DNA from: Gracilinanus agilis
Lineage: Eukaryota
NCBI RefSeq assembly: GCF_016433145.1
Contig: NC_058135.1
Location: 276,204,426 to 276,268,425 of the forward strand
Direction of reading: 5' to 3'
DNA length: 64,000 nt
In this document: positions 12,518 through 25,259 of the stretch, in pieces
Layout: every line of letters begins with the position of its first letter
Numbering within the stretch: the first letter of the stretch is position 1
Made by a program: the position numbers and the translations under genes
The notes under the pieces: generated by a model
Database searches by the model: none
The model's input: only the letters and a program-made list of their open reading frames with translations
Told to the model about the DNA's origin: nothing

Positions 12518-13275
12518 TGTTATCATAGTGATGCCTTCAGTCCAAAAAATAGCTAGTCATTAGAAAACTTCAAGAAAAAAATGACAAGGAATGAAATATT
12601 AGCAATGGTTGAAATATTAGAAAATAGATTCCAAAATGTCAATTCTTGGACATACTCAGAGCTCAACAAATGTAACAAATTTTTAAATTTCAGAGTGGAA
12701 AATGGAAAATAGAAGAAAAGTTGATTCAACTGGATTATCCTATAGTAGTAGAGACATTGATGGAACACAGATGTTCTATTGCTCAGTTCATTTTTTTTCC
12801 ACACAGAGTTTTAGATACTTGAAACTGAAATTTTAAGAATTCTTCATATTTACTCTATAGCAATTAATTTTTTATACTCTGGTCTTTCTCACATTAATTA
12901 CATACAGTTTGAGAAACAAAGAATTAAATTCACTAAAATATTAAAATATCACTTTACCAATCATACTATTAAAAAAGTAATTTCATAGTATCTCAGCATT
13001 GGAAAAAATCTTACAGAGCATCCATTCTTAAGAATAACTGTATGCTATTTGCATAGTACAACTCAAAAATTGATCTAATATCAAATTAAAGTCATCTCAT
13101 TGTCTCACTATTATTGAGCAAATTCATTCTACTTTATGATGGTTCTAAGCATTAAGGAAGATTGTTGAGAAGGAAAGAACAAAATTATTGTGAAGACAAT
13201 TATCCAATTTTTGTTTTATATGGTATCCATCTCTGAGGAAAAAAAAAGTGTTCTCCCTTTGGCAAAAGATGATGA

Positions 13276-15937
13276 TTTTTTTTTCATTATTTCCCTTGAT
13301 ATTCTTGGTCTTTTATTCATCCAAATGAACTTTGTTATAGTGTTTTCTAATTCTGTAAAAAGTTCCTTGGTAGTTTGCTAGTTATGGTACCAAATAAGTA
13401 AATTAATTTGGGTAAAATGGTCATTTTTATTATGTTAGCTCATCCTACCCATGAGCAATCAGTGTTTTTTCTAATTGTTTAGATCTAGTTTTAATTATTT
13501 GGAAAGTGTTTTGTAGTTGTGTTCATATAATTCCTGTGTTTGTTTTGGTAGATAGATTCCTAAGTATTTTATATTGTCTTGGGTGATTTTAAATGGTGTT
13601 TCTCTTTCTACTCTTGCTGCTGTGATGTGTTGGAAATATATAGAAATGCTGATGATTTATATGCATTTATTTTGTATCCTGCAACTTTGCCAAAGTTGTT
13701 GATTATTTCTACTAGCTTTTTAGTTGATTCTCTAGGATTTTTTAAGTAGACCATCATATCATCTGCAAAGAGTGATAGCTTAGTCTCCTCATTTCCTATT
13801 TTAATACCTTCAATTTCTTTTTCTTCTCTAATTGCTACTGCTAGTGTTTCTAGTACAGTGTTAAATAATAGAGGATATTGGACATCCTTGTTTCACACCT
13901 GATCTTATTGGGAAGGCTTCTAATTTTATCTCCATTTCTTACGATGCTTGTTAATGGTTTTAGATATATACTGTTTATGTTTAGAAAATGTCCTTCTATT
14001 CCTATACTTTCTAGTGTTTTCAGTAGGAATGGGTGTTGTATTTTGTCAAAGGCTTTTTCAGCATCTATTGAGATAATCATATGTTTTTTGTTGGTTTGCT
14101 TGTTGATATGGTCAGTTATGTGGATGGTTTTCCTAATGTTGAGCCATCCTTGCATTCCTGGTATAAATCCCACCTGATCATGATGGATAACCCTCACAAT
14201 CACTTGCTGGAGTCTTTTTGCTAGTATTCTATTTAATATTTTAGCATCTATGTTCATTAGGTAGATTGGTCTGTAGTTTTCTTTCTCTGTTTTTGGTCTG
14301 CCTGGCTTTGAAAAGAAAAAAAAATGTGAAGGAAGGTGGCCTAGCAGCACCAGATATTAAACTATACTATAAAGCAGTGGTCAGCAAAACAATATGGTAC
14401 TGGCTAAGCGACAGAAGGGAGGATCAGTGCAATAGACTTGGGGTAAGTGATGTCAGCAAGACAGTCTATGATAAACACAAAGAGTCCAAATTTGGGACAA
14501 AAATCCATTATTTGACAAAAACTGCTGGGAAAACTGGAAAAAATATGGGAGAGATTAGGTTTAGCTCAACATCTCACACCCTACCCCAAGATAAATTCAG
14601 AATGGGTGAATGACTTGAATATAAAAAAGGAAACTGCAAGTAAATTAAGTGAACACAGAATAGTATACTTGTCAGATATATGTGAAAGGAAAAATATTTT
14701 AAAAAAACCATGCAAGAGTTAGAAAAAATTAATAATATTTAATAAATAATTTTGTAAAATAAATGTAAAATAAATAATTTTGATTACATTAAATTCAATT
14801 TTTTTTACAAACAAAAACAATGCAACCAAAATCAGAAGGGAAACAACAAATTGGGAAAAAAATCTTTATAACAGAAAACTCTGACAAAGGGCTAATTACT
14901 CAAATATATAAGAAGCTGAATCAATTGTTCCATAAAATCAAGCCATTCCCCAATCGATAAATGGGCAAAGGACATGAATAGGCAATTTTCAGACACAGAA
15001 ATCAAAACTATCAATAAAAACATGAGAAAGTGTTCTAAATCTCTAAAAATTAGAGAAATGCAAATCAAAACAACTCTGAGGTATCACCTCACACCTACCA
15101 GATTAGCTAAAATGAAAGCAGGGGAGAGTAATAAATGTTAGATGGTATGTGGCAAAATTGGGACATTAATGCATTGCTGTTGCAGTAGTAAATTGATCCA
15201 ACCATTCTGGATAGCAATTTGGAACTATGCCCAAGGAGTGCTAAAAGACTGCCTGCCCTTTGATCCAGGCATACTATTGCTGGGTTTGTACCCCAAAGAG
15301 ATCAAAGGGAAAAAGACATGTAAAAAAATATTTATAGATGTGCTCTTTGTGTTGGCAAAAAACTGGGAAATGAAGGAATGTCCTTCAATTGGGGAATGGC
15401 CGAACAAATTGTGGTATCTATTGGTGATGGAATACTATTGTGCTCAAAAGAATAATAAACTGGAGGAATTCCACGTGAACTGGAATGACCTCCAGGAACT
15501 GATGCAGAGTGAAAGGAGCAGAGCCAGAAGAACATTGTACACAGAGTCTGATACACTGTGGTAAAATCAAATGTAATGGACTTCTGTACTAGAAGCAATG
15601 CAATAACCCAGGACAACTCTGAGGGATTTATGGAAAAGAATGCTACCCACATTCAGAGGAAGAACTACAGGAATGGAAACAGAAGAAAAACAACTGCTTG
15701 AACACATGGGTTGATGCAGACATGATTTGGGAAGTAAATTTTAAACAACCACCCTAGTACAACTATCAATAATATGAAAATAGGTCTTGATCAACGACAC
15801 ATGAAGAAACCAGTGGAAATGTGTATCAGTTATGGGGTTTTTTTGGGGGGAAAGAGTAAGAATATGAATCATGTAACCTTGGCAAAATGTTTTCCCCCAA
15901 AAAATTAACAAATAAATTAATTAAGGAAATAAAAAAA
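13276..15937 (+). mobile_element. Opossum L1, 5'-truncated with a 5' inversion (13276-14310 minus; 14311-15937 plus)
   Basis: The minus ORF 13850-14350 encodes RT domains ([45 protein letters not shown]). The plus part encodes the ORF2 C-terminus, 3'UTR and A-rich tail. Confidence 0.9.
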
Positions 15938-16004
15938 GAGAAATGATGCATTCATTAGAGTAGGAAAGCAAAAATGAAAGATCTAAGTTAGACTTAGGAT
16001 CACA

Positions 16005-16740
16005 GTTAATTTGGCAGAGAAGAGGAAGCAGTCAGCTGAGCTCTCCCAACATTCCTCTCCAAATAATTTTTTTATGACTCAAACCATATTCTAGAGTGGC
16101 ATATCCAAGAAAAGTCCAGGGTGATACAGTTTTCTTGTTAAAAAGAAATTAGCAGGCTAGAAAAAGGAATCTGTGACATGGAGATAGACTGACTCATGAA
16201 CAAAGTATTTGAAACATCAGTAGTAGGACTAGGTGGTGTCAAAAGTATCAATAGAAACTTTGAGAAATCTGAAGTCAGAGATGTAAAGAGCAAGTGGCAT
16301 ATTGTCAGAAGAGATTTCAGGGGAACCTTTGCTGTGACACTAGACACAGGAATGAATTGGGTATGACATCTTCTTTGCCTATATTAACTTCCAGATCACA
16401 GTGCAAGGGTAGAGTGGAGCACATTTTGTAACATGATAGTAGGGGTTTTGAGAAGCAATTTCACTTGTGGTATGAAAGGAGTAGTAGTCCTGATGAGAAG
16501 TATTGCTTAGGGTTCCAAGTGAGTAAGGGACTGGAGAAGCTCTATTTATTGCAATCCCAAAGATCAGGTATTATTTCTGGCTAATTACTAAAGCACTGAC
16601 AAGGAGAGGAGTAACACCTGTCTCTACACATCACACAATATTTTAAAAATGGAAAACTGTCAAACTCCCAGAGCTGTCACTGAAAACAGCAGTGATAGAA
16701 TGTCTGAATCTTCTGTGAGGATTAAAATTAATATTCAAAT
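16005..16740 (+). mobile_element. Old L1 5'UTR-like fragment
   Basis: Begins ggcagagaagaggaagcagtcagctgagctctccc and shares ctgtcaaactcc...aaaacagcagtg with 2740-2820. Confidence 0.45.
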
Positions 16741-17424
16741 ACTCCTATTATAGTTAATAAGGTTATTAACATTAACTTGAAGTAAAAAGGAAACTAAAAA
16801 GCTAGAGTCAAGAGGGAACTCACCCAAGCTGTCGTATAGGCGAGAGAGAGGAGGGAGGTGTTACAGAACTATATACAAACAACATAACAACACAAACGTG
16901 AGGACAAAGGGAAAGGGATGCTGGAGGACAAAGTCCAAAGGTAAAAGATTTCTAATTAATACCTTGAAATGTTACCCTTCCTTTCCCACACAAGCAACAG
17001 AGAATGGTTTTAACATAAGTTTAAAGTCAATATATAATTTCAGAAAAAATTGGGCAAACAACAACATCCCCAATACAAATAAATTTTCTTTTGAGATAAC
17101 AATGGCTTAGAGAACATAAATATTATACAAAAGTCTTTAACACTCATTGTACTATGGAGGTAATCCTGCATCCCTGTGGGTTGGTTGTGCTGGAACGAAA
17201 GTTCCACTGGCTATCACCAAAATGGAAAGACTTGTTTTGGAGAGTATGCTCCTGGCTGCAGATTGTGTCTGCTACCTGAGGACCAATTTAGAAAATATAT
17301 GGTCCTGGTAATATATATTAACTTAGAACAAGATGGTCTAAAATGATGATATTAAATGCTGATAGGAATATGGAGAAACAGATTTAATATTGCATTACTA
17401 AAATAGCAGTGATTTTTATAATTT

Positions 17425-17590
17425 ATTTACAATTTATTATTTTTATTTACAATATTTTCCCATGGTTACATGATTCATGTTCTTTCCGTCTTCCCCACAC
17501 CCTCCCCTCCCTGTAGCTGATGCTCAATTCCACTGGGTTTTACATGTATCATTGATCAAGACCTATTTCCATATTATTGATAGTTGCTCA
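17425..17590 (-). mobile_element. Short L1 3' terminus
   Basis: ttttccatggttacatgattc...gacctatttccatattattgatagttg is the antisense of the 3' end seen at 43820-43950. Confidence 0.8.
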
Positions 17591-17990
17591 TTGTACACTG
17601 GGTTTTTTTAGATATCGACCCAGATTTTTTGTTAAAAAAAAATTAAACTGTGTTCTGAGCATTGGTTTCCCTGTAATAAGATTCTATGATGGAAATGAAA
17701 AGGATGTCCTATTTTTTTCCTTAAATTAAGAGAGGCAGCATTGACTATAGACCAGATCGCTGACATTAAGGATCAGAATATCTGTTTCGAAAATTGGGTA
17801 AAAATAAGTCCAGATTGTGTACCAACACATAAATTTATTTTAATAAAGGTGTAGAAATTAGAGCCAACAAAAGTAAAATTAACATGGTAAATTCATATCA
17901 ACAAAGTCATTAGCAGCACAAACTTTCTGATATCATGAAATTTGTTAAACAATATTCATATACAACAGAGTTTTATGGCATTATCATTTT

Positions 17991-18126
17991 NNNNNNNNNN
18001 NNNNNNNNNNNNNNNNNNNNNNNNNNNNNNNNNNNNNNNNNNNNNNNNNNNNNNNNNNNNNNNNNNNNNNNNNNNNNNNNNNNNNNNNNNNNNNNNNNNN
18101 NNNNNNNNNNNNNNNNNNNNNNNNNN
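17991..18126. other. Assembly gap (136 N)
   Basis: Run of N. Confidence 1.
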
Positions 18127-18883
18127 AGAAAATTGGAAAAGATATAACTATTATGAAAAGTAGCATTACTAATATTAATGTGATTATTATTTATGCTACT
18201 AATGGTAAAATTATAAATTACTGGTAATGAAATAAATTAAACAAATATTTGTGTACATTGTGTCAATTAATTTTACATTTAATATTATGAAAGTATAATG
18301 TTAATTTTAATGTACTAAAATATTAATGAAAGTTATTTGTGCATTTTCCCAAAATATATAAGAAGTAGGACCAATATCTTTCTTTTTAATAAGAAATGCT
18401 ATATAAAATTGGAGAATCATTGCAATAATGGGTTGATAGGCCCCTATATAATTTTGGTCAACTATATTTTTCAGTTTATTCTCAGTTCTCATAATATACA
18501 TTCCAAATTTTATACTTCTCTAGTAGTCTCTCTTCTAGAGTCTAAGATTCTTGCAATTCTGTTTATCATTTTTGAATGGTAAAAGGATTAATGAAAATTT
18601 GAAAATCTTGACACATATTCTAAGAAAATTATAATCATAACAATAATGATAACTATTATTTTCAATAGCATAATCATATCTGTAAACTTGCATTTTTGTC
18701 CTTTCAACAAATAGCTAAAACATAAAGTTACATATACTGTTAGTTACAATCTTCCCCTCCATGGGTTTGATGTTGATCTTGTTGATATTTTATTGTGTAA
18801 AAATCAAATAATTCAATTACAATTTAAAATTTTTTAAAGTATAGAATATTTTCTTTTTAATTTTTAAAATTATTATACAGACA

Positions 18884-19082
18884 TTTTTTAAACCCTTGCC
18901 TTACATCTTGGCATCAATGTTGTATATTGATTCCAGGGCAGAAGAATTGTAAAGATTGAGCAATGAGGGTTAAATGACTTTCCAGTGGTCATATAGCTAG
19001 GAAGTGCCTGAGGCCAGATTTGAATCTATGACCTCCAATCTCGAAACCTGGCTCTCAATCCACTGAGCCACTTAGATGTCCC
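18884..19082 (-). mobile_element. Older diverged SINE1-type SINE
   Basis: Full-length antisense match with many substitutions. Confidence 0.8.
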
Positions 19083-19169
19083 ACAGGTATGATTGAGAGT
19101 TGTATTGACATAGTCCCTTCATTTCACTTCTTCCTCTTATTCTCCTGCATGCCATAAACCATTAGATTT

Positions 19170-20190
19170 CTTGTTTTTAATATTTTATTTCCCCGATCAG
19201 ATGAAATTTAACTATTTCCAATGTACATTTTCTGAACTTGTAAGATCCAAAGTGTCTCTCTGTCCCTTCCCTTCCCCACTCTCAGAGATGATAAGCAACT
19301 TAATCTGGGTTATATACATGTGATCCTGAAAAACTTACTTCTGTATTGGTCATTATTATAAGAGAATATTTGTATAAAAATCAAAACACCAAAATAAAAA
19401 CTCAAATAAACTAAAGTGAAAAAATAGCATGCTTTCATCTGCATTCTGACTCCAATAGTTCTTTCTTCAGGGGTAGATGGCATTGTTTATCATAAATCCT
19501 TCAGAATTCTCATGGATTGCTGATAGTAGCAAAGTCTTTCACAGCTGATCATCATACAACATTGTTGTTATTGTATACAATGTTTTCATGATTGTGTTTC
19601 TTTAAGTCTGTATCAGTTCATGTAGGTTTTCCCAACTTTTTCTGAAATTATTCTGCATAGTATTTCATCACCAACATATACATATACCACAATTTACACA
19701 GACATTCCTCAATTGATGGACATCCCCGCCATTTCCAGTTCTTTGCCACCACAATAAAGCTTCCATAAAAACTTTTTGTATATGTATGTCCTAACTCTTT
19801 TTATCATCTCTTTGGTATACAGATTCAGGAGTGATACTACCGGATCAATGAGAATGAATAGTTCTATAGTTCTTTGGGTATAATTCCAAACTGCCCTCCA
19901 TAATGGTTGAATTAAATTACAACTCTGCCAATGATGCATTAGTGTACCAATTTTGACACATGCCTTCCAACATTTATTACTTTCCTTTACTGTCATATTG
20001 GGCAATCTGATAGACATGCAGTATTGTCTCAAAGTTTTTTTTTTAATTTGCATCTCTCTAATGAAGGATGATTTGGAACATTTTTTCATACAATCATTGT
20101 TATCTTTAATTTTCTTATGGTACACTAGTATTCCATTACCATAACATACCACAATTTGTTCAGCCATTCCCCAATCGATGGACACAAATC
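19170..20190 (-). mobile_element. Older L1 3' end, plus a ~60-bp second L1 shard at 20127-20185
   Basis: The minus ORF 19709-20185 contains ORF2 C-terminal motifs (CSKSSFIREMQIK, CWKACVKIGTLMHHW, LWRAVWNY). Confidence 0.75.
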
Positions 20191-20659
20191 CTAAGTTTCT
20201 AACTATATGAAGAAAAATGCAAATATCATCTTGATTTACACTAAAGAATAAAATATAAAATAAACTAGCTACTACTATTGAAATTGTTTTCCAGAAAGAG
20301 GAAACTTTGGATAAAATAAAATATTAAAAATTATGATGTTTTTAACAAAAGATTAACTTTAAAAAAATAATTTATTTATATTATTTCTCCCTGAGATAGC
20401 TTTGTTGAAACTCCTCTAAATTATATCAAATTTTGAATGGCCAATGTGATTTCTAGACTTGCTATCTCGAAGGCTGTTCTTTTAAATTGGGACATTAATC
20501 TTTGAGAAGTTTGTCTTGCTGTTTATATTCCCACACTTCAAAATCGAAGTAAGAATTTTATATTCACTCAAGTAAAGATCAATACAATTCTCTCTGCCTG
20601 CCTTCTTGAATTTACCCTATTACATAAAGATTCCTTTCTTGAAATTACAATGATCTCTG

Positions 20660-21072
20660 AACATGGAAATGTTTAATTGAAAGAAATGTGTTGCTTGTGA
20701 TTTTGGTGATTTCCCCATGGTCTTCAAATGATATTATTAATGATTTATTTTAGTTGTTTGTTTAAGCTTTAGCTGACCTCCAGGGAATCTGCTTCCAAGG
20801 AAAAGAAATATATAAACAACTATTTTGTGTCATAGTTGTTAAAGGAAAGCATTGCTTTCTACCTCTATAGTTAATAGTTTAGTTAGGTTGTGATTTTTCC
20901 CCCCATTCTTAAAACTCCCAGAAATCATGATTACTTTCTGCTTTCTACTACCTGGAATTCACTTCAAATTAAATTATGTCAACTAGTAATAAAATATTAA
21001 GTGATATACTGTAAGAAACTGAAACCTGGCAAATCTGAAAAAGCTAAAAATTCTACTCTTTATTTGGTAAGT
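20660..21072 (+). promoter_or_regulatory. Putative promoter and non-coding first exon of OR paralogue 3
   Basis: TAATTG 20674, TAATGA 20738, O/E-like CTCCAGGGA 20779-20787, TATATAAA 20810, donor G|GTAAGT 21067. Confidence 0.6.
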
Positions 21073-21511
21073 GAAGTGAGTCTCTTGAAATTTCATTATA
21101 TTTAATTGAATTTCAGTGAATATTTCCATGTTTTGTACTTAAAGAAAAAGTGTTTTTAAAAGTGACAAAAAAGTATGCAAGTTATACTCTTCATTCCTAT
21201 CCCTAACATGGCTTTGACACTTATTAGGTCTTTGACTTAAAGCCTCTCTGGACCTCAATAACCTTATCTAGAAAATTGGGAGGAATAATGCAATTAAAAT
21301 AAAATGATGCCTATGAGTGAAATTTATACATGATAATGGAAGTTTCCCTGTCCCTTATGTGATTATATAAAAAGGTTTTGTTGTTGTTGATGAAAATGAT
21401 AATGACTGTGATAATAAAGGCAAATCAGCTCAAATGTTGAATTTTGCCTGGAAGGACAGAGATAAATTCTAGTGAGGATAAGAAAAAAGATTAAAAACAA
21501 TTTGAGGAGGT

Positions 21512-21711
21512 GGGGGCAGCTGGGTAGCTCAGTGGTTTGGGAGCCAGGCCTGGAGACAGGAGGTCCTAGGTTCAAATCTGGCCTCAGACACTTCCCAGCT
21601 GTGTGACCCTGGGCAAGTCACTTGACCCCATTGCCTGCCCTTACCATTCTTCTGCCTTGGAGCCAATACACAGTATTGACTTCAAGATGGAAAGTGGGGG
21701 TTAAAAAAAAA
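21512..21711 (+). mobile_element. SINE1_Mdo-type SINE, full length, ~17-bp TSD
   Basis: GGGGCAGCTGGGTAGCTCAGTGG head and poly(A) tail. TSD aaaaacaatt(t/c)gaggag at 21493-21509 and 21712-21728. Confidence 0.92.
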
Positions 21712-22019
21712 AAAAACAATTCGAGGAGTGTGAATAGACTCAGTAGGGGAAAAATAAAGTTTGCTTATAAGATTGTCAAGTAATCTCTTTTGGCTTCATT
21801 TGCTAAAGTATTTTGAGCAACCCTATCCTCAGAATAGCTGAATACACAAACAATGAGGTGAGCCAAAGATACCTTGGTCAGAAAACATAAGATAATACTG
21901 AATTGGTGATCACAAGTCAAGTAGGTCTGAATTCCAAACCAGGAGTCTCAGACAGTTACTAGGTGTGATTGGCTTGGCTAGTTTTCTCACCTGTAAAATG
22001 AAGATGATAATGGAATCTA

Positions 22020-22072
22020 ATATATATATATACATACACATATATATATATATATATGTATGTATGTATGTA
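22020..22072. repeat. (TA)n/(TATG)n microsatellite
   Basis: Read directly from the sequence. Confidence 0.9.
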
Positions 22073-22908
22073 TTTGTGATACAATTTTAGAATTTAAGGT
22101 GACAAGATTAACCCATCCTGAACTACTATCTCCTCTCAAACATTCCTATGAAACAGACATTTTTCTAGAACATGCCTACTGAAGGGGAAATCACTATTTT
22201 AGATGTAGCCCATTAGAATTCTAGATGATTTTGTTAGAAGATTTTCTCCTTCAAGAAAAGTAAGTTCACCTTGTTCTGAAGACCTAGGATCAAATTCTTT
22301 CAGTGCTATGTATTATTTGTTTAACCTTAAGCAATGTACTTCTCCTTCATAAAATGAGGGCATTTGACTTTGGATAATTCCAGGTCTATGTTTTTTTTTT
22401 TTTGCTTTATGTTAGATGGTCTAATCTAATGAATATTTTTATTTTGCTTGGTGGCGACATGATGTAGCAGAAGAAAAACTATGTTTGAGTTCCAGATCTC
22501 CTATTTAGACCATATATTCCTTTAGGGGAGTAAAAAGAAACAGGGAATAAAATCCTGGATAATTTCCATTCCATTCTGATAACCTCAACAATTTCAATAT
22601 TTCCTATGTAGTTCTCAAATTTACAATCTAATAGGATCAGACTGAACTACATGTCCTCTACCCTGTGAAAGAACATGGAAATGGCAATATGGGGGAAAAC
22701 AATTGACCTGAAAATGAAAACACATGGGTTTAAAAAGAATCTTTGGTGCTTATTTCCTGTCACTTTACTTCACTGTTATCTCAGTTTGCTGAATGAAACA
22801 TTGAAGACTAAATGATTTTTCACATTCCTTCCTTCTCTACATCATGATATGATCTAAGACGAATTTTGGTCTAAAAAGACATATTATTGGTCCACAGTGT
22901 AGGCAACT

Positions 22909-23152
22909 GTTATTGCTCTTTTATTTTCCAGTTGTTTGACTTTTTGTGACCCCATTTAGGTTTTTCTTGGCAAAGATATTAAAATAGTTTGCCATTTTGT
23001 TCTCCTGCTCATTTTGCAGATAAGGAAACTGATGTAAACATGGTTAAATGACTTACCTAAGATCACATAGCTAGTTTATGTCTGAATTTGGGTTTGAACT
23101 CTGATCTTCATAACTATAGGCCTACTGCTCTGTTCAAGGTACAACCTAGTTG
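22909..23152 (-). mobile_element. MAR1 marsupial CORE-SINE
   Basis: Antisense RTE-like tail (gaccccatttaggtttttcttggcaaagata) plus CORE and tRNA head. Confidence 0.8.
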
Positions 23153-23309
23153 ACTAATAATTTTTCATTTCTAGACCATCTCTTACAAACTGGTCACATC
23201 TTGAGTAGTCATTGTTAGTTCTGATGTATCCATTTACTTTTTTTTTTCTCATAAGTTAATACTATTCTTATTTTCTTCCTTACAGTCATTAACATGAAAA
23301 ACCTGGTGA

Positions 23310-24245
23310 ATGGCCAAGGAGAATTCCACAGAGGTCACAGAGTTCCTCCTTTTAGGACTGACAGACCGTGAAGAATTGAAAGTGTTTCTCTTTGTGCTTA
23401 TCCTAGTGATATATATCACTTCTTTGGTGGGGAATCTTGGAATGTTTATATTAATTCAAATTAGCCCTAAGCTTCATACTCCCATGTACTTTTTCCTCAG
23501 CTGCCTTTCACTTGTTGACGCTTGTTATTGTTCTGTGTTTGGACCCGAAATGCTTAAGAATTTTTTTGAGAAGACAACCATATCATTCAGTGCTTGTATA
23601 TTGCAAGGTTATTTATTTGGAGTCTTTGTTACCACTGAGGGATTTTTCCTAGCAGTGATGGCATATGATCGGTATGTAGCAATTGTTAATCCATTGCTTT
23701 ACATGGTTGTCATGACCAAAAGAGTTTGTGCCCTGCTGGTCATTGGGTCATTTATAGGGGGAATAAGTAATGCACTGATACACACAATTGGCTTAGTCAG
23801 ATTATCCTTCTGTGGCTCAAATATCATCCACCATTTCTTCTGTGATGTCCCTGCAATGTTGAAAATCTCCTGCTCTGACACTTCCAGAAATGAATTGTTG
23901 CTCCTGATATTTTCAGGAATAATTGCCATACTCACCTTCTTGATTGTGATTATTTCTTATATCTTCATTGTTGTTTCCATTATCAGGATTCGCTCAGCAG
24001 CTGGCACACATAAGGCCTTCTCCACCTGTGCTTCACACCTTACAGCTGTGACATTGTTCTATGGCTCCCTAAGCTTTAGCTATATTCAACCAAGCTCCCA
24101 GTATTCCCTAGAACAAGAAAAAGTGGTTTCTGTGTTTTATACCATGGTGATTCCAATGCTGAACCCACTGATCTATAGCCTAAGGAATAAAGAGGTTAAG
24201 GATGCAGTGAAAAGGGCAATAGAACTGAAACCATCTTTGTGTTAG
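23310..24245 (+). CDS. OR5J2-like: Olfactory receptor OR5J2-like paralogue 3 (311 aa, intact)
   Basis: All canonical OR motifs present. Shares the codon deletion, QGxLFGVFV and DVPAML with paralogue 2. Acceptor ttacag ends at 23285. Confidence 0.95.
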   Translation: MAKENSTEVTEFLLLGLTDREELKVFLFVLILVIYITSLVGNLGMFILIQISPKLHTPMYFFLSCLSLVDACYCSVFGPEMLKNFFEKTTISFSACILQGYLFGVFVTTEGFFLAVMAYDRYVAIVNPLLYMVVMTKRVCALLVIGSFIGGISNALIHTIGLVRLSFCGSNIIHHFFCDVPAMLKISCSDTSRNELLLLIFSGIIAILTFLIVIISYIFIVVSIIRIRSAAGTHKAFSTCASHLTAVTLFYGSLSFSYIQPSSQYSLEQEKVVSVFYTMVIPMLNPLIYSLRNKEVKDAVKRAIELKPSLC

Positions 24246-24973
24246 TGTTATGATTGTGATGCTTTTTTATTGAAAACTGGTTTAATAGCCACTAGAATAC
24301 TTTTAGAAAAATAATTATAATCAATGGAATGTCAGAACTTGTAGAAAATATTACCCAGAATGTTAGACTTGGAATACCTTCAGAACTCAACAAATAGTTG
24401 TCAGGATAATTTTCAAAATGGTAAACTGAGTCACAAAAGAAAAGTTGATCTATCTATAGTTCCAGTCATTAGTTCAGTCAAAAATGGAATCAAAATGTTC
24501 TGTTTCCCTGTCCAATTACTCCCTTGGAGTTCTACTTGCTTTTAACTCCAAGATTTTTAGAATTGTTTATGTAATTCCTAAACCAATATCTATTTGAAGT
24601 AGGAAAAATTGAGTTAGGAATAGTCACATAGAATAAATTTAATGTGGTCCAAAGAGGAAAAAATCTTGGAATGTAATATAAGAGAGTTTGAAGGGGCTCA
24701 AAATTTAAAAAAAAATAGAATTTTGAATATGCTGATCATCGAAAGATAAACATATGTAATCAGTCCATTTCACAAATGTGTTCAATGTTTTTCCCAATTT
24801 CACACAATTAATATAGATGCGAACAGAATATAATCTAAGTTTCAGATTAAGTACCTTTGAATCAATCATTTTCCATTGGCCATTTATGCATTATCATCAC
24901 CATTTTTATTACAACTTTCTGTATCAAGGAACTTGACTAATTAACCAGTAGGATCTAAACCATGATTTCATTA

Positions 24974-25063
24974 ATCTTTAGTCTATGGGCCAAGGATGTT
25001 AAGGATGCTGTGAAAAGGACAGTACTATTAAAACTATCTATCTGTTAATGTTATAATAATGAT
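24974..25063 (+). pseudogene. Degenerate copy of the OR5J2-like C-terminus plus the start of the 3'UTR
   Basis: 24974-25048 translates as IFSLWAKDVKDAVKRTVLLKLSIC*, colinear with [24 protein letters not shown]. Confidence 0.8.
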
Positions 25064-25259
25064 TTCTGTCAAACAACAATCATTCCATCCATTTGACATA
25101 GGAAAACTTTGATGCAAAAGTGGATTTACAAATATCAAATGAAGGAAGAAATTTTTAGTTCAATAGTTGAAAGACAGCCCAATGACCTTGAAATATGTTT
25201 GTTTTCATTTTAAAGGGTTTTTTTTAGATTTCTTTCCAACTGTATCTATATAATTGGTA

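Noticed and set aside
17935-18166. ORFs spanning N runs (also 62225-62614)
   Set aside because: Artefacts of translating assembly gaps.
23699-23935. Antisense ORFs inside OR genes (also 36954-37356)
   Set aside because: Shadow frames of conserved hydrophobic coding sequence with no independent signals.
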